This document shows positions 1 to 15,000 of a stretch of DNA of 64,000 bases, piece after piece. Positions within the stretch are counted from its first letter, which is position 1. The number at the start of each line of letters is the position of its first letter. Under the pieces are notes generated by a model. The model was not told the DNA's origin, made no database searches, and saw only the letters and a program-made list of their open reading frames with translations. The DNA lies in the NCBI GenBank assembly GCA_964016885.1, contig OZ024746.1:31744001-31808000 (forward strand). Direction: 5' to 3'. The stretch comes from Eledone cirrhosa (lineage: Eukaryota). A program made the translations under genes and the position numbers.

Positions 1-3000
1 CGAATGGAGAGAAGAATCGAGAAAAATATTTGAACGTTACTTTATACCGCAGGAACAGCCATCCCAGAAATAGCGAGTTGGCGATTTTGACTAATTTTGG
101 TAGGGTTTATCTTATATGTATAGAGGGGGGGGGGGGGCAGACCAGCATGATGTATGGGTAGGGGGTAGAAGATGGGATGGAGCAGAGGTTAAGAGTTTAA
201 ATAGGTACTCGAAGTTTTGCGTAAAACTTAGCAAGTTTCACAAAATATATTTAAGGAATATATAATAGTGATTTGTTTTGTTATGAAAATACGACAGAAT
301 ATGAAAATATGACAGAATTAAACGAGAATGTAAGGTTTAAGATAAGATCGCCGTATTTTGGGCATAATTTAACAATAAACGAAAATACAAGATTTGTTTT
401 GTTTAAGAAAATACGATAGAGAAAATGCGGTGATAGGGAAAATATGATTTTTAGAGAAAAAAATATGATATAGAATGGTGAAAATATGATATAGTGTGAA
501 ATTAGGACATAGAATAGTGATTGAATGAATGGATTCGAATGGAGAGAAGAGTCGAGAAAAAAAAAAATACGATATAGAATGGTGAAAATATGATATAGTG
601 TGAAATTAGGACATAGAATAGTGATTGAATGAATGGATTCGAATGGAGAGAAGAATCGAGAAAAATATTTGAACGTTACTTTATACCGCAGGAACAGCCA
701 TCCCAGAAATAGCGAGTTGGCGATTTTGACTAATTTTGGTAGGGTTTATCTTATATGTATAGAGGGGGGGGGGGGGGGCAGACCAGCATGATGTATGGGT
801 AGGGGGTAGAAGATGGGATGGAGCAGAGGTTAAGAGTTTAAATAGGTACTCGAAGTTTTGCGTAAAACTTAGCAAGTTTCACAAAATATATTTAAGGAAT
901 ATATAATAGTGATTTGTTTTGTTATGAAAATACGACAGAATATGAAAATATGACAGAATTAAACGAGAATGTAAGGTTTAAGATAAGATCGCCGTATTTT
1001 GGGCATAATTTAACAATAAACGAAAATACAAGATTTGTTTTGTTTAAGAAAATACGATAGAGAAAATGCGGTGATAGGGAAAATATGATTTTTAGAGAAA
1101 AAAATATGATATAGAATGGTGAAAATATGATATAGTGTGAAATTAGGACATAGAATAGTGATTGAATGAATGGATTCGTATGGAGAGAAGAGTCGAGAAA
1201 AAAAAAATACGATATAGAATGGTGAAAATATGATATAGTGTGAAATTAGGACATAGAATAGTGATTGAATGAATGGATTCGAATGGAGAGAAGAATCGAG
1301 AAAAATATTTGAACGTTACTTTATACCGCAGGAACAGCCATCCCAGAAATAGCGAGTTGGCGATTTTGACTAATTTTGGTAGGGTTTATCTTATATGTAT
1401 AGAGAGGGGGGGGGGCAGACCAGCATGATGTATGGGTAGGGGGTAGAAGATAGGATGGAGCAGAGGTTAAGAGTTTAAATAGGTACTCGAAGTTTTGCGT
1501 AAAACTTAGCAAGTTTCACAAAATATATTTAAGGAATATATAATAGTGATTTGTTTTGTTATGAAAATACGACAGAATATGAAAATATGACAGAATTAAA
1601 CGAGAATGTAAGGTTTAAGATAAGATCGCCGTATTTTGGGCATAATTTAACAATAAACGAAAATACAAGATTTGTTTTGTTTAAGAAAATACGATAGAGA
1701 AAATGCGGTGATAGGGAAAATATGATTTTTAGAGAAAAAAATATGATATAGAATGGTGAAAATATGATATAGTGTGAAATTAGGACATAGAATAGTGATT
1801 GAATGAATGGATTCGAATGGAGAGAAGAGTCGAGAAAAAAAAAAAAATACGATATAGAATGGTGAAAATATGATATAGTGTGAAATTAGGACATAGAATA
1901 GTGATTGAATGAATGGATTCGAATGGAGAGAAGAATCGAGAAAAATATTTGAACGTTACTTTATACCGCAGGAACAGCCATCCCAGAAATAGCGAGTTGG
2001 CGATTTTGACTAATTTTGGTAGGGTTTATCTTATATGTATAGAGAGGGGGGGGGGCAGACCAGCATGATGTATGGGTAGGGGGTAGAAGATGGGATGGAG
2101 CAGAGGTTAAGAGTTTAAATAGGTACTCGAAGTTTTGCGTAAAACTTAGCAAGTTTCACAAAATATATTTAAGGAATATATAATAGTGATTTGTTTTGTT
2201 ATGAAAATACGACAGAATATGAAAATATGACAGAATTAAACGAGAATGTAAGGTTTAAGATAAGATCGCCGTATTTTGGGCATAATTTAACAATAAACGA
2301 AAATACAAGATTTGTTTTGTTTAAGAAAATACGATAGAGAAAATGCGGTGATAGGGAAAATATGATTTTTAGAGAAAAAAATATGATATAGAATGGTGAA
2401 AATATGATATAGTGTGAAATTAGGACATAGAATAGTGATTGAATGAATGGATTCGAATGGAGAGAAGAGTCGAGAAAAAAAAAAAATACGATATAGAATG
2501 GTGAAAATATGATATAGTGTGAAATTAGGACATAGAATAGTGATTGAATGAATGGATTCGAATGGAGAGAAGAATCTAGAAAAATATTTGAACGTTACTT
2601 TATACCGCAGGAACAGCCATCCCAGAAATAGCGAGTTGGCGATTTTGACTAATTTTGGTAGGGTTTATCTTATATGTATAGAGAGGGGGGGGGGGGACAG
2701 ACCAGCATGATGTATGGGTAGGGGGTAGAAGATGGGATGGAGCAGAGGTTAAGAGTTTAAATAGGTACTCGATGTTTTGCGTAAAACTTAGCAAGTTTAA
2801 CAAAATATATTTAAGGAATATATAATAGTGATTTGTTTTGTTATGAAAATACGACAGAATATGAAAATATGACAGAATTAAACGAGAATGTAAGGTTTAA
2901 GATAAGATCGCCGTATTTTGGGCATAATTTAACAATAAACGAAAATACAAGATTTGTTTTGTTTAAGAAAATACGATAGAGAAAATGCGGTGATAGGGAA

Positions 3001-6000
3001 AATATGATTTTTAGAGAAAAAAATATGATATAGAATGGTGAAAATATGATATAGTGTGAAATTAGGACATAGAATAGTGATTGAATGAATGGATTCGAAT
3101 GGAGAGAAGAGTCGAGAAAAAAAATACGATATATAATGGTGAACATATGATATAGTGTGAAATTAGGACATAGAATAGTGATTGAATGAATGGATTCGAA
3201 TGGAGAGAAGAATCGAGAAAAATATTTGAACGTTACTTTATACCGCAGGAACAGCCATCCCAGAAATAGCGAGTTGGCGATTTTGACTAATTTTGGTAGG
3301 GTTTATCTTATATGTATAGAGAGGGGGGGGGGGCAGACCAGCATGATGTATGGGTAGGGGGTAGAAGATGGGATGGAGCAGAGGTTAAGAGTTTAAATAG
3401 GTACTCGAAGTTTTGCGTAAAACTTAGCAAGTTTCACAAAATATATTTAAGGAATATATAATAGTGATTTGTTTTGTTATGAAAATACGACAGAATATGA
3501 AAATATGACAGAATTAAACGAGAATGTAAGGTTTAAGATAAGATCGCCGTATTTTGGGCATAATTTAACAATAAACGAAAATACAAGATTTGTTTTGTTT
3601 AAGAAAATACGATAGAGAAAATGCGGTGATAGGGAAAATATGATTTTTAGAGAAAAAAATATGATATAGAATGGTGAAAATATGATATAGTGTGAAATTA
3701 GGACATAGAATAGTGATTGAATGAATGGATTCGTATGGAGAGAAGAGTCGAGAAAAAAAAAATACGATATAGAATGGTGAAAATATGATATAGTGTGAAA
3801 TTAGGACATAGAATAGTGATTGAATGAATGGATTCGAATGGAGAGAAGAATCGAGAAAAATATTTGAACGTTACTTTATACCGCAGGAACAGCCATCCCA
3901 GAAATAGCGAGTTGGCGATTTTGACTAATTTTGGTAGGGTTTATCTTATATGTATAGAGAGGGGGGGGGGGGGGCAGACCAGCATGATGTATGGGTAGGG
4001 GGTAGAAGATAGGATGGAGCAGAGGTTAAGAGTTTAAATAGGTACTCGAAGTTTTGCGTAAAACTTAGCAAGTTTCACAAAATATATTTAAGGAATATAT
4101 AATAGTGATTTGTTTTGTTATGAAAATACGACAGAATATGAAAATATGACAGAATTAAACGAGAATGTAAGGTTTAAGATAAGATCGCCGTATTTTGGGC
4201 ATAATTTAACAATAAACGAAAATACAAGATTTGTTTTGTTTAAGAAAATACGATAGAGAAAATGCGGTGATAGGGAAAATATGATTTTTAGAGAAAAAAA
4301 TATGATATAGAATGGTGAAAATATGATATAGTGTGAAATTAGGACATAGAATAGTGATTGAATGAATGGATTCGTATGGAGAGAAGAGTCGAGAAAAAAA
4401 AAATACGATATAGAATGGTGAAAATATGATATAGTGTGAAATTAGGACATAGAATAGTGATTGAATGAATGGATTCGAATGGAGAGAAGAATCGAGAAAA
4501 ATATTTGAACGTTACTTTATACCGCAGGAACAGCCATCCCAGAAATAGCGAGTTGGCGATTTTGACTAATTTTGGTAGGGTTTATCTTATATGTATAGAG
4601 AGGGGGGGGGGGGGCAGACCAGCATGATGTATGGGTAGGGGGTAGAAGATGGGATGGAGCAGAGGTTAAGAGTTTAAATAGGTACTCGAAGTTTTGCGTA
4701 AAACTTAGCAAGTTTCACAAAATATATTTAAGGAATATATAATAGTGATTTGTTTTGTTATGAAAATACGACAGAATATGAAAATATGACAGAATTAAAC
4801 GAGAATGTAAGGTTTAAGATAAGATCGCCGTATTTTGGGCATAATTTAACAATAAACGAAAATACAAGATTTGTTTTGTTTAAGAAAATACGATAGAGAA
4901 AATGCGGTGATAGGGAAAATATGATTTTTAGAGAAAAAAATATGATATAGAATGGTGAAAATATGATATAGTGTGAAATTAGGACATAGAATAGTGATTG
5001 AATGAATGGATTCGAATGGAGAGAAGAGTCGAGAAAAAAAAAAAAATACGATATAGAATGGTGAAAATATGATATAGTGTGAAATTAGGACATAGAATAG
5101 TGATTGAATGAATGGATTCGAATGGAGAGAAGAATCGAGAAAAATATTTGAACGTTACTTTATACCGCAGGAACAGCCATCCCAGAAATAGCGAGTTGGC
5201 GATTTTGACTAATTTTGGTAGGGTTTATCTTATATGTATAGAGAGGGGGGGGGGGGCAGACCAGCATGATGTATGGGTAGGGGGTAGAAGATGGGATGGA
5301 GCAGAGGTTAAGAGTTTAAATAGGTACTCGAAGTTTTGCGTAAAACTTAGCAAGTTTCACAAAATATATTTAAGGAATATATAATAGTGATTTGTTTTGT
5401 TATGAAAATACGACAGAATATGAAAATATGACAGAATTAAACGAGAATGTAAGGTTTAAGATAAGATCGCCGTATTTTGGGCATAATTTAACAATAAACG
5501 AAAATACAAGATTTGTTTTGTTTAAGAAAATACGATAGAGAAAATGCGGTGATAGGGAAAATATGATTTTTAGAGAAAAAAATATGATATAGAATGGTGA
5601 AAATATGATATAGTGTGAAATTAGGACATAGAATAGTGATTGAATGAATGGATTCGAATGGAGAGAAGAGTCGAGAAAAAAAAAAAATACGATATAGAAT
5701 GGTGAAAATATGATATAGTGTGAAATTAGGACATAGAATAGTGATTGAATGAATGGATTCGAATGGAGAGAAGAATCGAGAAAAATATTTGAACGTTACT
5801 TTATACCGCAGGAACAGCCATCCCAGAAATAGCGAGTTGGCGATTTTGACTAATTTTGGTAGGGTTTATCTTATATGTATAGAGAGGGGAGGGGGGACAG
5901 ACCAGCATGATGTATGGGTAGGGGGTAGAAGATGGGATGGAGCAGAGGTTAAGAGTTTAAATAGGTACTCGATGTTTTGCGTAAAACTTAGCAAGTTTAA

Positions 6001-9000
6001 CAAAATATATTTAAGGAATATATAATAGTGATTTGTTTTGTTATGAAAATACGACAGAATATGAAAATATGACAGAATTAAACGAGAATGTAAGGTTTAA
6101 GATAAGATCGCCGTATTTTGGGCATAATTTAACAATAAACGAAAATACAAGATTTGTTTTGTTTAAGAAAATACGATAGAGAAAATGCGGTGATAGGGAA
6201 AATATGATTTTTAGAGAAAAAAATATGATATAGAATGGTGAAAATATGATATAGTGTGAAATTAGGACATAGAATAGTGATTGAATGAATGGATTCGAAT
6301 GGAGAGAAGAGTCGAGAAAAAAAATACGATATATAATGGTGAACATATGATATAGTGTGAAATTAGGACATAGAATAGTGATTGAATGAATGGATTCGAA
6401 TGGAGAGAAGAATCGAGAAAAATATTTGAACGTTACTTTATACCGCAGGAACAGCCATCCCAGAAATAGCGAGTTGGCGATTTTGACTAATTTTGGTAGG
6501 GTTTATCTTATATGTATAGAGAGGGGGGGGGCAGACCAGCATGATGTATGGGTAGGGGGTAGAAGATGGGATGGAGCAGAGGTTAAGAGTTTAAATAGGT
6601 ACTCGATGTTTTGCGTAAAACTTAGCAAGTTTAACAAAATATATTTAAGGAATATATAATAGTGATTTGTTTTGTTATGAAAATACGACAGAATATGAAA
6701 ATATGACAGAATTAAACGAGAATGTAAGGTTTAAGATAAGATCGCCGTATTTTGGGCATAATTTAACAATAAACGAAAATACAAGATTTGTTTTGTTTAA
6801 GAAAATACGATAGAGAAAATGCGGTGATAGGGAAAATATGATTTTTAGAGAAAAAAATATGATATAGAATGGTGAAAATATGATATAGTGTGAAATTAGG
6901 ACATAGAATAGTGATTGAATGAATGGATTCGAATGGAGAGAAGAGTCGAGAAAAAAAAAATACGATATAGAATGGTGAAAATATGATATAGTGTGAAATT
7001 AGGACATAGAATAGTGATTGAATGAATGGATTCGAATGGAGAGAAGAATCGAGAAAAATATTTGAACGTTACTTTATACCGCAGGAACAGCCATCCCAGA
7101 AATAGCGAGTTGGCGATTTTTTCTAATTTTGGTAGGGTTTATCTTATATGTATAGAGAGGGGGTGGGGGGCAGACCAGCATGATGTATGGGTAGGGGGTA
7201 GCAGATGGGATGGAGCAGAGGTTAAGAGTTTAAATAGGTACTCGAAGTTTTGCGTAAAACTTATCAAGTTTAACAAAATATATTTAAGGAATATATAATA
7301 GTGATTTGTTGTGTTATGAAAATACGACAGAATATGAAAATATAACAGAATTAAACGAGAATGTAAGGTTTAAGATAAGATCGCCGTATTTTGGGCATAA
7401 TTTAACAATAAACGAAAATACAAGATTTGTTTTGTTTAAGAAAATACGATAGAGAAAATGCGGTGATAGGGAAAATATGACTTTTAGAGAAAAAAATATG
7501 ATATAGAATGGTGAAAATATGATATAGTGTGAAATTAGGACATAGAATAGTGATTGAATGAATGGATTCGAATGGAGAGAAGAGTCGAGAAAAAAAAAAT
7601 ACGATATAGAATGGTGAAAATATGATATAGTGTGAAATTAGGACATAGAATAGTGATTGAATGAATGGATTCGAATGGAGAGAAGAGTCGAGAAAAAAAA
7701 TACGATATATAATGGTGAACATATGATATAGTGTGAAATTAGGACATAGAATAGTGATTGAATGAATGGATTCGAATGGAGAGAAGAGTCGAGAAAAAAA
7801 AAATACGATATAGAATGGTTAAAATATGATATAGTGTGAAATTAGGACATAGAATAGTGATTGAATGAATGGATTCGAATGGAGAGAAGAATCGAGAAAA
7901 ATATTTGAACGTTACTTTATACCGCAGGAACAGCCATCCCAGAAATAGCGAGTTGGCGATTTTGACTAATTTTGGTAGGGTTTATCTTATATGTATAGAG
8001 AGGGGGGGGGCAGATCAGCATGATGTATGGGTAGGGGGTAGAAGATGGGATGGAGCAGAGGTTAAGAGTTTAAATAGGTACTCGAAGTTTTGCGTAAAAC
8101 TTAGCAAGTTTAACAAAATATACTTAAGGAATATATAATAGTGATTTGTTTTGTTATGAAAATACGACAGAATATGAAAATATGACAGAATTAAACGAGA
8201 ATGTAAGGTTTAAGATAAGATCGCCGTATTTTGGGCATAATTTAACAATAAACGAAAATACAAGATTTGTTTTGTTTAAGAAAATACGATAGAGAAAATG
8301 CGGTGATAGGGAAAATATGATTTTTAGAGAAAAAAATATGATATAGAATGGTGAAAATATGATATATTGTGAAATTAGGACATAGAATAGTGATTGAATG
8401 AATGGATTCGAATGGAGAGAAGAGTCGAGAAAAAAAAATACGATATAGAATGGTGAAAATATGATATAGTGTGAAATTAGGACATAGAATAGTGATTGAA
8501 TGAATGGATTCGAATGGAGAGAAGAATCGAGAAAAATATTTGAACGTTACTTTATACCGCAGGAACAGCCATCCCAGAAATAGCGAGTTGGCGATTTTTT
8601 CTAATTTTGGTAGGGTTTATCTCATATGTATAGAGAGGGGGTGGGGGGCAGACCAGCATGATGTATGGGTAGGGGGTAGCAGATGGGATGGAGCTTAGGT
8701 TAAGAGTTTAAATAGGTACTCGAAGTTTTGCGTAAAACTTAGCAAGTTTAACAAAATATATTTAAGGAATATATAATAGTGATTTGTTTTGTTATGAAAA
8801 TACGACAGAATATGAAAATATGACAGAATTAAACGAGAATGTAAGGTTTAAGATAAGATCGCCGTATTTTGGGCATAATTTAACAATAAACGAAAATACA
8901 AGATTTGTTTTGTTTAAGAAAATACGATAGAGAAAATGCGGTGATAGGGAAAATATGATTTTTAGAGAAAAAAATATGATATAGAATGGTGAAAATATGA

Positions 9001-12000
9001 TATAGTGTGAAATTAGGACATAGAATAGTGATTGAATGAATGGATTCGAATGGAGAGAAGAGTCGAGAAAAAACAAATACGATATAGAATGGTGAAAATA
9101 TGATATAGTGTGAAATTAGGACATAGAATAGTGATTGAATGAATGGATTCGAATGGAGAGAAGAATCGAGAAAAATATTTGAACGTTACTTTATACCGCA
9201 GGAACAGCCATCCCAGAAATAGCGAGTTGGCGATTTTGACTAATTTTGGTAGGGTTTATCTTATATGTATAGAGGGGGGGGGGCAGACCAGCATGATGTA
9301 TGGGTAGGGGGTAGAAGATGGGATGGAGCAGAGGTTAAGAGTTTAAATAGGTACTCGAAGTTTTGCGTAAAACTTAGCAAGTTTCACAAAATATATTTAA
9401 GGAATATATAATAGTGATTTGTTTTGTTATGAAAATACGACAGAATATGAAAATATGACAGAATTAAACGAGAATGTAAGGTTTAAGATAAGATCGCCGT
9501 ATTTTGGGCATAATTTAACAATAAACGAAAATACAAGATTTGTTTTGTTTAAGAAAATACGATAGAGAAAATGCGGTGATAGGGAAAATATGATTTTTAG
9601 AGAAAAAAATATGATATAGAATGGTGAAAATATGATATAGTGTGAAATTAGGACATAGAATAGTGATTGAATGAATGGATTCGAATGGAGAGAAGAATCG
9701 AGAAAAATATTTGAACGTTACTTTATACCGCAGGAACAGCCATCCCAGAAATAGCGAGTTGGCGATTTTGACTAATTTTGGTAGGGTTTATCTTATATGT
9801 ATAGAGAGGGGGGGGGACAGACCAGCATGATGTATGGGTAGGGGGTAGAAGATGGGATGGAGCAGAGGTTAAGAGTTTAAATAGGTACTCGATGTTTTGC
9901 GTAAAACTTAGCAAGTTTAACAAAATATATTTAAGGAATATATAATAGTGATTTGTTTTGTTATGAAAATACGACAGAATATGAAAATATGACAGAATTA
10001 AACGAGAATGTAAGGTTTAAGATAAGATCGCCGTATTTTGGGCATAATTTAACAATAAACGAAAATACAAGATTTGTTTTGTTTAAGAAAATACGATAGA
10101 GAAAATGCGGTGATAGGGAAAATATGATTTTTAGAGAAAAAAATATGATATAGAATGGTGAAAATATGATATATTGTGAAATTAGGACATAGAATAGTGA
10201 TTGAATGAATGGATTCGAATGGAGAGAAGAGTCGAGAAAAAAAAATACGATATAGAATGGTGAAAATATGATATAGTGTGAAATTAGGACATAGAATAGT
10301 GATTGAATGAATGGATTCGAATGGAGAGAAGAATCGAGAAAAATATTTGAACGTTACTTTATACCGCAGGAACAGCCATCCCAGAAATAGCGAGTTGGCG
10401 ATTTTTTCTAATTTTGGTAGGGTTTATCTCATATGTATAGAGAGGGGGTGGGGGGCAGACCAGCATGATGTATGGGTAGGGGGTAGCAGATGGGATGGAG
10501 CTTAGGTTAAGAGTTTAAATAGGTACTCGAAGTTTTGCGTAAAACTTAGCAAGTTTAACAAAATATATTTAAGGAATATATAATAGTGATTTGTTTTGTT
10601 ATGAAAATACGACAGAATATGAAAATATGACAGAATTAAACGAGAATGTAAGGTTTAAGATAAGATCGCCGTATTTTGGGCATAATTTAACAATAAACGA
10701 AAATACAAGATTTGTTTTGTTTAAGAAAATACGATAGAGAAAATGCGGTGATAGGGAAAATATGATTTTTAGAGAAAAAAATATGATATAGAATGGTGAA
10801 AATATGATATAGTGTGAAATTAGGACATAGAATAGTGATTGAATGAATGGATTCGAATGGAGAGAAGAGTCGAGAAAAAACAAATACGATATAGAATGGT
10901 GAAAATATGATATAGTGTGAAATTAGGACATAGAATAGTGATTGAATGAATGGATTCGAATGGAGAGAAGAATCGAGAAAAATATTTGAACGTTACTTTA
11001 TACCGCAGGAACAGCCATCCCAGAAATAGCGAGTTGGCGATTTTGACTAATTTTGGTAGGGTTTATCTTATATGTATAGAGGGGGGGGGGCAGACCAGCA
11101 TGATGTATGGGTAGGGGGTAGAAGATGGGATGGAGCAGAGGTTAAGAGTTTAAATAGGTACTCGAAGTTTTGCGTAAAACTTAGCAAGTTTCACAAAATA
11201 TATTTAAGGAATATATAATAGTGATTTGTTTTGTTATGAAAATACGACAGAATATGAAAATATGACAGAATTAAACGAGAATGTAAGGTTTAAGATAAGA
11301 TCGCCGTATTTTGGGCATAATTTAACAATAAACGAAAATACAAGATTTGTTTTGTTTAAGAAAATACGATAGAGAAAATGCGGTGATAGGGAAAATATGA
11401 TTTTTAGAGAAAAAAATATGATATAGAATGGTGAAAATATGATATAGTGTGAAATTAGGACATAGAATAGTGATTGAATGAATGGATTCGAATGGAGAGA
11501 AGAATCGAGAAAAATATTTGAACGTTACTTTATACCGCAGGAACAGCCATCCCAGAAATAGCGAGTTGGCGATTTTGACTAATTTTGGTAGGGTTTATCT
11601 TATATGTATAGAGAGGGGGGGGGACAGACCAGCATGATGTATGGGTAGGGGGTAGAAGATGGGATGGAGCAGAGGTTAAGAGTTTAAATAGGTACTCGAT
11701 GTTTTGCGTAAAACTTAGCAAGTTTAACAAAATATATTTAAGGAATATATAATAGTGATTTGTTTTGTTATGAAAATACGACAGAATATGAAAATATGAC
11801 AGAATTAAACGAGAATGTAAGGTTTAAGATAAGATCGCCGTATTTTGGGCATAATTTAACAATAAACGAAAATACAAGATTTGTTTTGTTTAAGAAAATA
11901 CGATAGAGAAAATGCGGTGATAGGGAAAATATGATTTTTAGAGAAAAAAATATGATATAGAATGGTGAAAATATGATATAGTGTGAAATTAGGACATAGA

Positions 12001-15000
12001 ATAGTGATTGAATGAATGGATTCGAATGGAGAGAAGAATCGAGAAAAATATTTGAACGTTACTTTATACCGCAGGAACAGCCATCCCAGAAATAGCGAGT
12101 TGGCGATTTTGACTAATTTTGGTAGGGTTTATCTTATATGTATAGAGAGGGGGGGGCAGACCAGCATGATGTATGGGTAGGGGGTAGAAGATGGGATGGA
12201 GCAGAGGTTAAGAGTTTAAATAGGTACTCGAAGTTTTGCGTAAAACTTAGCAAGTTTCACAAAATATATTTAAGGAATATATAATAGTGATTTGTTTTGT
12301 TATGAAAATACGACAGAATATGAAAATATGACAGAATTAAACGAGAATGTAAGGTTTAAGATAAGATCGCCGTATTTTGGGCATAATTTAACAATAAACG
12401 AAAATACAAGATTTGTTTTGTTTAAGAAAATACGATAGAGAAAATGCGGTGATAGGGAAAATATGATTTTTAGAGAAAAAAATATGATATAGAATGGTGA
12501 AAATATGATATAGTGTGAAATTAGGACATAGAATAGTGATTGAATGAATGGATTCGAATGGAGAGAAGAGTCGAGAAAAAAAAAAAATACGATATAGAAT
12601 GGTGAAAATATGATATAGTGTGAAATTAGGACATAGAATAGTGATTGAATGAATGGATTCGAATGGAGAGAAGAATCTAGAAAAATATTTGAACGTTACT
12701 TTATACCGCAGGAACAGCCATCCCAGAAATAGCGAGTTGGCGATTTTGACTAATTTTGGTAGGGTTTATCTTATATGTATAGAGAGGGGGGGGGGGACAG
12801 ACCAGCATGATGTATGGGTAGGGGGTAGAAGATGGGATGGAGCAGAGGTTAAGAGTTTAAATAGGTACTCGATGTTTTGCGTAAAACTTAGCAAGTTTAA
12901 CAAAATATATTTAAGGAATATATAATAGTGATTTGTTTTGTTATGAAAATACGACAGAATATGAAAATATGACAGAATTAAACGAGAATGTAAGGTTTAA
13001 GATAAGATCGCCGTATTTTGGGCATAATTTAACAATAAACGAAAATACAAGATTTGTTTTGTTTAAGAAAATACGATAGAGAAAATGCGGTGATAGGGAA
13101 AATATGATTTTTAGAGAAAAAAATATGATATAGAATGGTGAAAATATGATATAGTGTGAAATTAGGACATAGAATAGTGATTGAATGAATGGATTCGAAT
13201 GGAGAGAAGAGTCGAGAAAAAAAATACGATATATAATGGTGAACATATGATATAGTGTGAAATTAGGACATAGAATAGTGATTGAATGAATGGATTCGAA
13301 TGGAGAGAAGAATCGAGAAAAATATTTGAACGTTACTTTATACCGCAGGAACAGCCATCCCAGAAATAGCGAGTTGGCGATTTTGACTAATTTTGGTAGG
13401 GTTTATCTTATATGTATAGAGAGGGGGGGGGGCAGACCAGCATGATGTATGGGTAGGGGGTAGAAGATGGGATGGAGCAGAGGTTAAGAGTTTAAATAGG
13501 TACTCGAAGTTTTGCGTAAAACTTAGCAAGTTTCACAAAATATATTTAAGGAATATATAATAGTGATTTGTTTTGTTATGAAAATACGACAGAATATGAA
13601 AATATGACAGAATTAAACGAGAATGTAAGGTTTAAGATAAGATCGCCGTATTTTGGGCATAATTTAACAATAAACGAAAATACAAGATTTGTTTTGTTTA
13701 AGAAAATACGATAGAGAAAATGCGGTGATAGGGAAAATATGATTTTTAGAGAAAAAAATATGATATAGAATGGTGAAAATATGATATAGTGTGAAATTAG
13801 GACATAGAATAGTGATTGAATGAATGGATTCGAATGGAGAGAAGAGTCGAGAAAAAAAAAAAAATACGATATAGAATGGTGAAAATATGATATAGTGTGA
13901 AATTAGGACATAGAATAGTGATTGAATGAATGGATTCGAATGGAGAGAAGAATCGAGAAAAATATTTGAACGTTACTTTATACCGCAGGAACAGCCATCC
14001 CAGAAATAGCGAGTTGGCGATTTTGACTAATTTTGGTAGGGTTTATCTTATATGTATAGAGAGGGGGGGGGGGGCAGACCAGCATGATGTATGGGTAGGG
14101 GGTAGAAGATGGGATGGAGCAGAGGTTAAGAGTTTAAATAGGTACTCGAAGTTTTGCGTAAAACTTAGCAAGTTTCACAAAATATATTTAAGGAATATAT
14201 AATAGTGATTTGTTTTGTTATGAAAATACGACAGAATATGAAAATATGACAGAATTAAACGAGAATGTAAGGTTTAAGATAAGATCGCCGTATTTTGGGC
14301 ATAATTTAACAATAAACGAAAATACAAGATTTGTTTTGTTTAAGAAAATACGATAGAGAAAATGCGGTGATAGGGAAAATATGATTTTTAGAGAAAAAAA
14401 TATGATATAGAATGGTGAAAATATGATATAGTGTGAAATTAGGACATAGAATAGTGATTGAATGAATGGATTCGAATGGAGAGAAGAGTCGAGAAAAAAA
14501 AAAAAATACGATATAGAATGGTGAAAATATGATATAGTGTGAAATTAGGACATAGAATAGTGATTGAATGAATGGATTCGAATGGAGAGAAGAATCGAGA
14601 AAAATATTTGAACGTTACTTTATACCGCAGGAACAGCCATCCCAGAAATAGCGAGTTGGCGATTTTGACTAATTTTGGTAGGGTTTATCTTATATGTATA
14701 GAGAGGGGGGGGGACAGACCAGCATGATGTATGGGTAGGGGGTAGAAGATGGGATGGAGCAGAGGTTAAGAGTTTAAATAGGTACTCGATGTTTTGCGTA
14801 AAACTTAGCAAGTTTAACAAAATATATTTAAGGAATATATAATAGTGATTTGTTTTGTTATGAAAATACGACAGAATATGAAAATATGACAGAATTAAAC
14901 GAGAATGTAAGGTTTAAGATAAGATCGCCGTATTTTGGGCATAATTTAACAATAAACGAAAATACAAGATTTGTTTTGTTTAAGAAAATACGATAGAGAA

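Noticed and set aside
534-552. CENP-B box in the satellite (TTCG-containing motif)
   Set aside because: TTCG is present, but the downstream A..CGGG of the consensus is not.
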